Of a stretch of DNA of 64,000 nt, positions 9,183-18,014 are shown in pieces. The notes under the pieces are model-generated. The model did not search any database. It saw only the letters and a list, made by a program, of their open reading frames with translations, and was not told the origin of the DNA. The stretch comes from an uncultured Mycoplasmatota bacterium (GTDB lineage: Bacteria; Bacillota_I; Bacilli_A; RF39; UBA660): positions 554-64,553 of the forward strand of contig CAMSCJ010000009.1 in the NCBI GenBank assembly GCA_947056845.1. Direction: 5' to 3'. Both the position numbers and the translations under genes were made by a program. The stretch's first letter is position 1, and each line of letters starts with the position of its first letter.

Positions 9183-10112
9183 TATAAAGGTGAAAAGGTA
9201 ATTGGTATTAGAGGTAATGTTTTTAAAAATATGGTATTTTTAAAAGAGATTAAGTTGCCAGATACGATACAGGTAATTCGTGGTGGAGCTTTCGAAAATG
9301 TTTATAATTTAACAGCAATCGATTTACCAAAAGACTTAATTTATTTAGGTGGTAGTGCTTTTAAAAACTGTAGGTCCCTAAAAAGTATAACAATACCTAG
9401 TGGTGTTAAGGAAATTAATGGTAATACTTTTGAAAATTGTTATTCGTTAGAAGATGTTAACCTACATAATGAAATTACTAGTATTCATGGTGAGGTATTT
9501 AAAAATTGTACTTCTTTAGTAAAAATAAATTTGCCTAGTAAGATAACCGAAATAAGAGGATCAACATTTGAAGGTTGCACTGCGCTAAAAGAAATAGATA
9601 TTCCATCTGGTGTTACTAGAATCGGTGGACATGCATTTCATGGGTGTAGTTCTTTGACTAAGGTTAGTGTGCCTTCAACCGTAGAGGAAATAGGTAGTTC
9701 AGCTTTTAGAGCCTGCACTTCTTTATATTCAATAAAAATTCCTAAAAATGCAATAGTTAATGAGAGAGCATTCAAAGAAAGCCCAACAAGTGTTAGTTAT
9801 ATAGGAGAGGATAATCCAACTTATAACAATAACAATAATTCTGTTGATTCAAAAACGTATACATTATATTTAAATCAAGAGAAATATATTAATGATGAAT
9901 TGCGTATTACCCTAATATCATTTACCGATACAACTCATGATGAAAATATATTTATTGGGATGAGTGGAACAATCAAAATAGTTACAAAAAAGGATACATA
10001 TTATTTTGATTTTCAAACATCATCTCCACAAAATTATAAATATATTTTTGAAGGTTATACTTTAGAAGTAAAATCAGGGATGGATAATTATATTAAAATA
10101 ATTTTTCGTTAA
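9183..10112 (+). CDS. BspA-type leucine-rich repeat (LRR_5) domain plus beta-rich C-terminal domain; same frame as 8454..9182 with no independent RBS
   Basis: Repeats such as IPSGVKEINGNTFENCYSL and IPSGVTRIGGHAFHGCSSL. The frame is open from 9183, and the first Met (9231) lacks any SD. The ORF-track call is 9231..10112. Confidence 0.6.
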   Translation, partial: YKGEKVIGIRGNVFKNMVFLKEIKLPDTIQVIRGGAFENVYNLTAIDLPKDLIYLGGSAFKNCRSLKSITIPSGVKEINGNTFENCYSLEDVNLHNEITSIHGEVFKNCTSLVKINLPSKITEIRGSTFEGCTALKEIDIPSGVTRIGGHAFHGCSSLTKVSVPSTVEEIGSSAFRACTSLYSIKIPKNAIVNERAFKESPTSVSYIGEDNPTYNNNNNSVDSKTYTLYLNQEKYINDELRITLISFTDTTHDENIFIGMSGTIKIVTKKDTYYFDFQTSSPQNYKYIFEGYTLEVKSGMDNYIKIIFR

Positions 10113-10130
10113 GTATTTACAGGAGGTTTT

Positions 10131-11882
10131 ATGAGCGACTACAAATTTATGCATCTTCTTTATGTTCCAACTATGGCTTGTAATATGGCCTGTAAGTATT
10201 GCTATTTAGAAGATAATACCAAAGATGAATGGGGTAAGTATAAAGCAATTGATACATTAAAATTTGCTATAGAAAAATTTAAGAAATCTAATGTAATCCC
10301 TTTTAATATTTCATTACATGGTGGTGAAGTTACAACTTTAAGCAAAGATGAATTTCATAATTTGATTGAATATATTGATGCTTATTATAAAGATAATAAC
10401 AACTTAATTACGGGAAATGGTTTTAAAGTTGGCAATCCACATATTAAAACTAATTTATATGATTTAAAAAAGCATATTGATACGATTAGAAAGTTTTCTG
10501 TTTCTATTAGTGGTAGTTTGGATCTTCCGTTTTCCTTACATGATAAGTTTAGGATAACTAAAGGTGAAAAGAAAACATTACATAATATTTTAACTAACAT
10601 TGCTTTATTAGAAACAATCCCTAATAAAAAGAAAATCTCGGCAACCATTTTTAAAGAACATTATAAATATATTGAAGAGATAATTAATGATATAAAATTT
10701 TTAGATAAAAGTACTTGTTTAGATATGAACGATTTTAATTTTATGATTGGTTTTGATTATAATTCAAATGGCTTGTTAACACCTTTGACAGAAGAAGAAC
10801 AAGTTAAATTTTTTAAACGAATGCACAAAGAATTTGATGGAACTAATTTGGATAAAGGTGTTAATGGTGCTTGGTTTAATGAGTTTGGACCAGAGTATTG
10901 TACCAATTGTGATAATTGTGGGGAAAAATTCTTTTTGTTAGAAAAAAATGGCGATATTTACTCTTGTGTTAGAGGTCAAAAAAATAAAGATTTCTATTAT
11001 GGAAATATTTATAAGGATAGTGTGGAAACAATTTTAGAAAATGCTAAAATAAAAATATTTAAAATTCATAATCAACTATCTTTTAATGCGGAATGTTCTA
11101 AATGTGAATACTTATATTTATGTAAAACAGGTTGTCCATTTGTAAAAAATGTTTATAAATCTAATAAATCATACACTTGTAAATTACAATTAGAATTATA
11201 CCAACAAAGAAATTATGAAAAAGACGCATATCCAGATGAAACAACTTATGAATATGTATCTAAATTACACCCTAGTTTAATTGAAAAATATTATCCAAAT
11301 CAGGAACCAAATCTTGGTTATCCCAGTCTAGAAAAAATAATAGAAGAAGACTCCAGATTAAAATATTTATATGATAATAATACCTTTATTCTATCAGTTG
11401 ATGATTATAAATATTTTTTAGAATCACAAATTTTAAGAAAAAAAAGAGAAATTATTTATATTAGTGATGAAAGTAAAATTAAGATATATTTAGATAAAAA
11501 AGTAATGGAAGCTGAATGTGATTATCCACAAAACAATTCTTTATATATAATGGTATTAAGTGGCAATTTAATTCAGTATGGTGATGAAGGTCGAATTAAA
11601 CAGGAACATATTATGTCTGAACAAATATATAAGGGTGTTTTAGAAAAAAATGAATCTGATTTAGATGAATATTTTTGTTATGATATTTCAAATATGCTTA
11701 AAGAATTTAAAAAATACTATTCAAAAGATAATCCTAATAATTTATTTTTTACAACTAATGCCTTAAGAGATTATCATTATACAAAGCAAAAAAATAATGC
11801 TTATTATCATTTTCAAGCAATTAATTTACCATTTCAAAATATTGAGTTTTATTATGTAGAGGAGGAAGATTATGTTAAATAA
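10131..11882 (+). CDS. Radical SAM/SPASM-domain enzyme (anSME/peptide-maturase-like) with roughly 200-aa C-terminal extension
   Basis: AGGAGG SD. A Cx3Cx2C motif (CNMACKYC) spans residues 17-24. SPASM-type cysteine clusters (CTNCDNCGE...YSC and CSKCEYLYLCKTGCPF). The protein is 583 aa, whereas anSME-type enzymes are about 370-400 aa. Confidence 0.85.
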   Translation: MSDYKFMHLLYVPTMACNMACKYCYLEDNTKDEWGKYKAIDTLKFAIEKFKKSNVIPFNISLHGGEVTTLSKDEFHNLIEYIDAYYKDNNNLITGNGFKVGNPHIKTNLYDLKKHIDTIRKFSVSISGSLDLPFSLHDKFRITKGEKKTLHNILTNIALLETIPNKKKISATIFKEHYKYIEEIINDIKFLDKSTCLDMNDFNFMIGFDYNSNGLLTPLTEEEQVKFFKRMHKEFDGTNLDKGVNGAWFNEFGPEYCTNCDNCGEKFFLLEKNGDIYSCVRGQKNKDFYYGNIYKDSVETILENAKIKIFKIHNQLSFNAECSKCEYLYLCKTGCPFVKNVYKSNKSYTCKLQLELYQQRNYEKDAYPDETTYEYVSKLHPSLIEKYYPNQEPNLGYPSLEKIIEEDSRLKYLYDNNTFILSVDDYKYFLESQILRKKREIIYISDESKIKIYLDKKVMEAECDYPQNNSLYIMVLSGNLIQYGDEGRIKQEHIMSEQIYKGVLEKNESDLDEYFCYDISNMLKEFKKYYSKDNPNNLFFTTNALRDYHYTKQKNNAYYHFQAINLPFQNIEFYYVEEEDYVK

Positions 11883-12264
11883 ACAACCAAAAACTTATCA
11901 GGAATTAATTATGTTTAAACAATGTTGTGAATTATCAAAATATTATATAATAACTGATGAATTATTTAATGAAATCTATGACTTTTTAAGTGAAAGAACG
12001 GATAATAGTATTTATATATCTACGGCTAGTAATGTTTTAAATTTTTATAGTAACGAAAATAATAATAATAACTTTTTTGTGAGAGAACCAATTGTATTAA
12101 CACCTAAAAAAAATAATCTTAGTAGTTCTATTGATAAGATTTATATAAAAAATAATAAATTTGAAATTATACAACATTTTACAAGTTCAACATATCATAG
12201 TGGAAGTTCAGGTTCTTCTTCAAATAACAACAATAACAATAACAATAATAACAACAATAATTAA
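11872..12264 (+). CDS. Hypothetical 130-aa protein with poly-Asn tail, translationally coupled to the rSAM gene
   Basis: The GAGGAGG SD is embedded in the last rSAM codons, and the start overlaps the rSAM stop by 11 nt. The tail reads SGSSGSSSN(13). Confidence 0.55.
   Translation: MLNKQPKTYQELIMFKQCCELSKYYIITDELFNEIYDFLSERTDNSIYISTASNVLNFYSNENNNNNFFVREPIVLTPKKNNLSSSIDKIYIKNNKFEIIQHFTSSTYHSGSSGSSSNNNNNNNNNNNNN
12223..12261 (+). repeat. Trinucleotide (AAT/AAC)n simple-sequence repeat encoding poly-Asn
   Basis: About 13 consecutive AAY codons at the 3' end of the 11872 ORF. Confidence 0.7.
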
Positions 12265-12275
12265 TGAGGTAATGT

Positions 12276-13310
12276 ATGGCAAGAATAACAGAAAAATTAC
12301 ATATTGCGAGACTAAAAAAATTTAATATTAATATAAAAACTAAATATAAAGATGACGATGATATTTTAGAAAGAAATACAGATAATTCTAAAAATGATGA
12401 TATTAATAATGGTATTAGAATTGAAAAAGATTATTATCAAAATGGTATTTTATTAAAAAAACTTTATAATTTTGACCCTAGAATAAAATATACTTTTATA
12501 TCTAAAGATAGTGAAAATAAAGAAATTGAATGTCCTAATTGTGGTAATCGTGGTATTGTTAAAGATTTTTTAGAAGGTTGTGAATATTGTGGCACGCATT
12601 ATAATATAGATTATAATAATAAAGGCTTAGGGGCTAAATATCATTATGATAGAACGATTCATAGTAATCATTATATAACAATAACTTTTCTTATTGATTT
12701 AATTGTTTGTTTAATAATCTTTTTAATATATATAAAGGGAAGTAGTCGAACTTTTAATATATACGATATTTGTAAAGTTTTAATTGGTGGTGTTATTACG
12801 GCTTCAGCTCTTTTCTATGTATTTTATATGCTTGACGCTGTAATCGTTCTTTTACCTATAAAAATATATAAAGATAAACAAAATCAAAAGCAAATAGCGT
12901 TTTGGAATAGAATGAAAGAAAAAAATATTGATGCACTAACATTTTATAACAATTTTAATTATGAATTACAAGATTATTATTACGGAAGTCTATCAGAAGA
13001 TGATAACATAATTGATTATGATATAATTGATTACCATAGTTTTAATGATTCTCTTGATTCTAATAATTTTTTAAATATTGAGGTATGTGTAAGTATTCGT
13101 ATTGTAAGACTAATCAATAATAAAATTACTTCAAAAATTGAGAAGAAATTGTTTAAATTAAAGAAAAATAATAAAAAAATGGAAAGATTAAATAATGGTG
13201 TTAATTTGATTAATTGCCATAATTGTGGAGCCTCAATTGATGTTACTCATGGTGAGTGTGATTATTGTCATACTAAGAATAATTATTTACAAGAGTGGTA
13301 TTTGGTTTAA
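12276..13310 (+). CDS. Membrane protein with N- and C-terminal zinc ribbons flanking TM helices (unknown function)
   Basis: GAGGT SD. The N-terminal part carries CPNCGNRG...CEYCG. Two or three TM helices lie in the middle. The C-terminal part carries CHNCGA...CDYCH. Confidence 0.65.
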   Translation: MARITEKLHIARLKKFNINIKTKYKDDDDILERNTDNSKNDDINNGIRIEKDYYQNGILLKKLYNFDPRIKYTFISKDSENKEIECPNCGNRGIVKDFLEGCEYCGTHYNIDYNNKGLGAKYHYDRTIHSNHYITITFLIDLIVCLIIFLIYIKGSSRTFNIYDICKVLIGGVITASALFYVFYMLDAVIVLLPIKIYKDKQNQKQIAFWNRMKEKNIDALTFYNNFNYELQDYYYGSLSEDDNIIDYDIIDYHSFNDSLDSNNFLNIEVCVSIRIVRLINNKITSKIEKKLFKLKKNNKKMERLNNGVNLINCHNCGASIDVTHGECDYCHTKNNYLQEWYLV

Positions 13311-13392
13311 AAAAATAAATGAAAAATAAGTGTAATTTCTAATATTTATACTTATTTTTTTTTAAATTCATAAAATTTTATGAGGTGTTATC

Positions 13393-15300
13393 ATGTTTGT
13401 AAGAGATTATCATAAAAGAATTAAAATTATATTAGTTGTAATTATTTTATTATTTGTTTTAATAATTGGTAAGATATTTTATATTCAAGTTTTTAGTTAT
13501 AATAAGTTAAATGATTATGCGAATGATTTATGGAGTAGAAATTTACCAATTGAGGCTAACCGAGGAATTATTTATGATCGTAATGGTGTAGTAATTGCTG
13601 ATAATATTACGACAACTTCATTAGTTTTAATCCCTAATCAAATTGATGATAAAGAAAAAACAGCTAAAGAATTAGCCGAAGTATTAAATGTAAGTTATGA
13701 TGATATGTATGCGCATGTCTCTAAAAAAACATCTATTGAAAGAGTCCATCCTGAAGGAAGAAGATTATCGTATGAAGTTGCTGACAAAATAGCTAGTTTA
13801 AATCTGCCGGGTGTTTACTTAGTTAAAGAGTCAAAACGTAATTATCCCTTTGATACTTATTTATCTCATACATTAGGTTTTGTTGGAATTGATAACCAGG
13901 GTCTAAGTGGCTTAGAGTTAATGTATGATAATCTTTTGACAGGTGAATATGGCGCAATAAAATATTTTAGTGACGCAAAGGGAAATAGGTTAAGTTTAAA
14001 TGAGGTTTATGAAAAACCGCAAGATGGAATAAATATGACTTTGACAATTAATATGGATATTCAAGTCTCGTTAGAAAGAGAACTTGATAATGCGATGTTA
14101 AAATATAATCCAGATCAAGCCTTAGGAATTGTTATGGACCCTAAAACTGGTGAAATTTTGGCAATTTCATCACGACCTAATTTTTCACCTAGTGAATATC
14201 AAAATTATACAGTAGAAGAGATAAATAGAAATTTACCAGTATGGATGACTTATGAACCTGGTTCAACTTTTAAAATAATTACTTTAGCTGCTTCGTTAGA
14301 AGAAAAAATTGTTGATTTAGATAATGATCATTTTTCTGATTCAGGTGCGATTAGAGTAGATAATGCCACACTTCATTGTTGGAAACATGGGGGACATGGG
14401 GAACAAACTTATCTGCAAGTCGTTGAAAATTCATGCAATCCAGGATTTGTAAATTTAGGTTTAAAATTAGGTAAGGAAACACTATTTGATTATATAGATA
14501 AATTTGGTTTTGGAGAAAAAACTGGTGTAGATTTAAATGGTGAAGGAACAGGAATTATTTTTAATCTTGATAAAGTTGGTAATGTTGAATTAGCAACAAC
14601 CGCTTTTGGTCAAGGTGTATCAGTTACTCCAATCCAACAAATAACAGCAGTTAGTGCTGCCATTAATGGTGGTTATTTAAATAAACCTTATATTGTTAAA
14701 AGTCTAAATGAGCCAGAAACAAATACAGTAATACAAGAAAATGAAAGGCAAATTGTTAGAAAAGTAATAAGCGAAGAAACAAGCGAAAAGGTTAGATATG
14801 CACTAGAAAGTGTTGTATCAAATGGAACAGGACGGCCTGCTTATATTGACGGTTATCGTGTAGGGGGAAAAACTGGTACAGCTCAAAAAGTCCAAAATGG
14901 GCGTTATATGGTTGGGAATTATATTGTATCTTTTATAGGTTTTTTACCAGCTGATGATCCCCAAGTTATTGTTTATATAGCTTTGGATAACGCGAAAGGT
15001 GTTGTGCAATATGGTGGAACAGTAGCAGCTCCCATTGCTAAAACCGTTTTAACAGACGCAATAACAGCTTTGGGGATTGAGAAAAGGGAAGGAAGTACCG
15101 AAAAAAAATATAATTATAATGATAAAAAATATATTGATGTTGCTAATGTAGTAGGCATGGATAAAAATGAAGCTATTAAAAATTTAAAAAGCTTTAAAGT
15201 TGAATATACAGGAACAGGAAATAAGGTTATATATCAGTCTCCTAGTGCAGGCGAAAGAATTTTAGAAGGTGAAACAGTAAGATTGTTACTTGAGGATTAG
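13393..15300 (+). CDS. Class B penicillin-binding protein, SpoVD/FtsI-like, with one C-terminal PASTA domain
   Basis: TM anchor. Transpeptidase motifs STFK, SCN and KTGTA. A PASTA repeat at the C-terminus. GAGGTG SD. Confidence 0.9.
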   Translation: MFVRDYHKRIKIILVVIILLFVLIIGKIFYIQVFSYNKLNDYANDLWSRNLPIEANRGIIYDRNGVVIADNITTTSLVLIPNQIDDKEKTAKELAEVLNVSYDDMYAHVSKKTSIERVHPEGRRLSYEVADKIASLNLPGVYLVKESKRNYPFDTYLSHTLGFVGIDNQGLSGLELMYDNLLTGEYGAIKYFSDAKGNRLSLNEVYEKPQDGINMTLTINMDIQVSLERELDNAMLKYNPDQALGIVMDPKTGEILAISSRPNFSPSEYQNYTVEEINRNLPVWMTYEPGSTFKIITLAASLEEKIVDLDNDHFSDSGAIRVDNATLHCWKHGGHGEQTYLQVVENSCNPGFVNLGLKLGKETLFDYIDKFGFGEKTGVDLNGEGTGIIFNLDKVGNVELATTAFGQGVSVTPIQQITAVSAAINGGYLNKPYIVKSLNEPETNTVIQENERQIVRKVISEETSEKVRYALESVVSNGTGRPAYIDGYRVGGKTGTAQKVQNGRYMVGNYIVSFIGFLPADDPQVIVYIALDNAKGVVQYGGTVAAPIAKTVLTDAITALGIEKREGSTEKKYNYNDKKYIDVANVVGMDKNEAIKNLKSFKVEYTGTGNKVIYQSPSAGERILEGETVRLLLED

Positions 15301-15320
15301 GCATTTTAATATACTAAAAA

Positions 15321-15350
15321 ATGAAAAGCATATTATTACTTTTCATTTTT
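15321..15350. terminator. Bidirectional terminator between convergent genes (AAAATGAAAAG-loop-CTTTTCATTTT)
   Basis: A palindrome flanked by an A-run on one side and a T-run on the other. Confidence 0.5.
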
Positions 15351-15854
15351 TATAAGTATTTTATTATAAGTTGGTTTTAATTTAGATATTCTAATTTGCT
15401 CTCCTAAATATTTTTGATTTTCAATAGGAGATAAGGACCAATCGTTGTTTAAATATCTAATAATATTTTGAATTATATATAATTCATTTTCTTCAATGTG
15501 TTCACTAGATTCTAAAAATACTAAAGCTGATTTTTCAATGTTTGAAGTTTCAAAATTTAAAGAAAATCTTTTTAATTCGTCGACTAAATCATTTAATTCA
15601 TGTTTATTTTTTATGATAGGGATTTCTTGTTTAGAGATGGCAATACAAAAATCTAGATTAGTTGGATCTTGAATAATTTTAAGCGTATAATCTTCTTTTA
15701 AACTCATAAACATTTCATTTAAAATATCAATTTCTGTATCAGTAATATCAAATTTTGAATCAATCAAAGTTATTGCCTCTTGCATAATTCTCTTATCATT
15801 TAAATCGGTAACATGTGCCATATACTCTTTAATAATTTGACTAAAATTATCCAT
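15336..15854 (-). CDS. Hypothetical protein (about 172 aa), co-transcribed with the HD-GYP gene
   Basis: Overlaps the HD-GYP gene stop. AAAGGAG SD upstream of the second ATG (MDNF). Confidence 0.55.
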   Translation of the reverse strand: MDNFSQIIKEYMAHVTDLNDKRIMQEAITLIDSKFDITDTEIDILNEMFMSLKEDYTLKIIQDPTNLDFCIAISKQEIPIIKNKHELNDLVDELKRFSLNFETSNIEKSALVFLESSEHIEENELYIIQNIIRYLNNDWSLSPIENQKYLGEQIRISKLKPTYNKILIKNEK

Positions 15855-17073
15855 TATTCGCATCTCCTTTTACTAATTGTTTATCACGTTTTTGTTTTTG
15901 CCCATCTTGTTCTTTTTTGTAATTTATATTTAAGTCAGCTTGTCTTTTGGCTTCCCTTAAATTATCCATTGTCGTTTTACTATTACTAATGACATCAATA
16001 AATTTGTCAACCAATTTGGGATTATAGAAGACACCTAATCCATCGCCATCACCATAAGGTTTTGTATGTCTTTTTAAGTCTTCAAAGGCTTCTTCGGCCG
16101 ATTTTACCCTGTTATAGGAACGCTGTGATGTCATGGCGTCAAAACTATCAGCAATTGCTAGAATTTGCGCTAATAAGGGAATTTGTTCTCCTTTTAAACC
16201 ATCAGGATAGCCACTTCCATCATATTTTTCATGATGTGCTCTAACTGCGTCTTTTAAATATCCTAATTGATTTGCTGGTAGCAATGTAGCTCCAAGCTCA
16301 ACATGTTTTTTCATTAAATTAAATTCCAAATCATTTAATTTATCTGTTTTAGTTATAACTGCATCAGGTAAGGCAATCTTTCCAATATCATGAAGGTTAG
16401 CTGCTAAAATTAAATTTTCTAATTCTTCTTCATTCATACCCAAAGCATGACCTAGAGCTTCCGCATAATTAGCAACTCTTTCACAATGACCTCTAGTATA
16501 ATTGTCCTTTAAAGAAATAAAATCATTTAATGTTTGTGCTAATTTGAATAGGTATTTTTTTGAGATATAATTTACACTTTTACCACTATTTAAATCTGCC
16601 TCAATATCCATTGACTTATATATGTTTTTGGCACCTAAATTAGTTAATATTTGTAATTTCATAATGTTAGATAATTGGCACATATCAATAATTTGTTTCA
16701 TCGATTTCTCAGTTTTGGTTGTTGTTATTTGTTTACCTTTTTTTACTTCTTCAACCTTCTCATTAGTTAATTCAAAGGTATTATCTAAATTTACTTGTTG
16801 TTTTTTAGTACTAACTTTGGCTAAACTACAATGTGATTCATATAAAATATTTATAATTTTATTATCAATTAAACTATCTATATCACAGATTACAATATCT
16901 GGTTTTTGTAAGATATGAAAATCTTTCAATTCATTAAACCTGGAAGAATCATTTCCAATATCTACGACATCAAAATGTTCTGTCGGAAGGTATTTATTAA
17001 TAATCATATATTCTCTAGCACTAATATTATATAGCCATATAGTGTATTTACTGTTTTTATAAATTTCTTGCAT
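15847..17073 (-). CDS. HD-GYP domain phosphohydrolase with degenerate receiver-like N-terminal domain
   Basis: HD motif (HDIGK) and GYP motif (HHEKYDGSGYPDG). AAAGGTGA SD. Confidence 0.8.
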   Translation of the reverse strand: MQEIYKNSKYTIWLYNISAREYMIINKYLPTEHFDVVDIGNDSSRFNELKDFHILQKPDIVICDIDSLIDNKIINILYESHCSLAKVSTKKQQVNLDNTFELTNEKVEEVKKGKQITTTKTEKSMKQIIDMCQLSNIMKLQILTNLGAKNIYKSMDIEADLNSGKSVNYISKKYLFKLAQTLNDFISLKDNYTRGHCERVANYAEALGHALGMNEEELENLILAANLHDIGKIALPDAVITKTDKLNDLEFNLMKKHVELGATLLPANQLGYLKDAVRAHHEKYDGSGYPDGLKGEQIPLLAQILAIADSFDAMTSQRSYNRVKSAEEAFEDLKRHTKPYGDGDGLGVFYNPKLVDKFIDVISNSKTTMDNLREAKRQADLNINYKKEQDGQKQKRDKQLVKGDANNG

Positions 17074-17311
17074 TTTATCACCTTTATTATATTATCATAT
17101 ATTAGAAAAAAAATGCCTATTTATAACTTACAAAAATAAATTTTTTTACTATTAGTTTGGAAGGAGAAAAAAATATGTAAATAAATGTAAAATATTATTA
17201 TGCTATTGCATCAATTAAATAATTATTTTTTTGTCAATTGGTTGATAAAATCATTAATTTAGTTAAATTTATGGTATAATACTTTATATAAAAATTGGGA
17301 GAGATTATATA

Positions 17312-18013
17312 ATGGAATTTATTGAATTTAAAAATGTTAGTAAAGAATATACGATGGGTGAGGTTACAATAAAAGCATTAAATAAAACTAATTTTACAAT
17401 TAAAAAGGGTGAATTAGTTGTTATTTTGGGACCATCTGGAGCTGGAAAAACAACTTGTCTTAATATTTTAGGTGGTATGGATACTGTTACTAGTGGTCAG
17501 GTTTTAATTGATGGGGCTGATATAACTAAATATAAGGCTAAAAATTTAATTGATTATCGCCGACATGATATTGGTTTTGTTTTTCAATTTTATAATTTAA
17601 TTCAAAATTTGACATCTTTAGAAAATGTAGAATTAGCGGTTCAGTTATGTAACGATCACTTAAATCCAGAACAAATTTTAAAAAGTGTTGGTCTTAAAAA
17701 TCGTCTACATAATTTCCCATCACAGTTATCTGGCGGGGAACAACAAAGGGTATCCATTGCTAGAGCAATTGCCAAAAATCCGAAAATACTTTTATGTGAT
17801 GAACCAACAGGGGCTCTAGATTATAAAACTGGAAAACAGATTTTAAAATTATTAGAGGATACTGCACGTGAAAAAAATATGACTGTTATAATTGTAACGC
17901 ATAATAGTGCCTTAGCTGATATGGCGAATAAGGTCATTAAATTTAAAAATGGTTCCGTTGAAGAGATAATAATTAATAAAAAACCAAAATCAATTGAAAG
18001 TATTGAGTGGTAA
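17312..18013 (+). CDS. ABC transporter ATP-binding protein (MacB/LolD-type)
   Basis: Walker [10 protein letters not shown], signature LSGGEQQR and Walker B ILLCDEPT. An extended -10 (TGGTATAAT) lies upstream at about 17269-17280. Confidence 0.9.
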   Translation: MEFIEFKNVSKEYTMGEVTIKALNKTNFTIKKGELVVILGPSGAGKTTCLNILGGMDTVTSGQVLIDGADITKYKAKNLIDYRRHDIGFVFQFYNLIQNLTSLENVELAVQLCNDHLNPEQILKSVGLKNRLHNFPSQLSGGEQQRVSIARAIAKNPKILLCDEPTGALDYKTGKQILKLLEDTAREKNMTVIIVTHNSALADMANKVIKFKNGSVEEIIINKKPKSIESIEW

Positions 18014-18014
18014 T

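Noticed and set aside
17994-18014. ORF-track start of the ABC permease at 17994, inside the upstream ATPase gene.
   Set aside because: The ATG at 18015 directly follows the ATPase stop and yields the expected N-terminus (MKNRILTNSL...). The upstream extension overlaps the conserved ATPase C-terminus.
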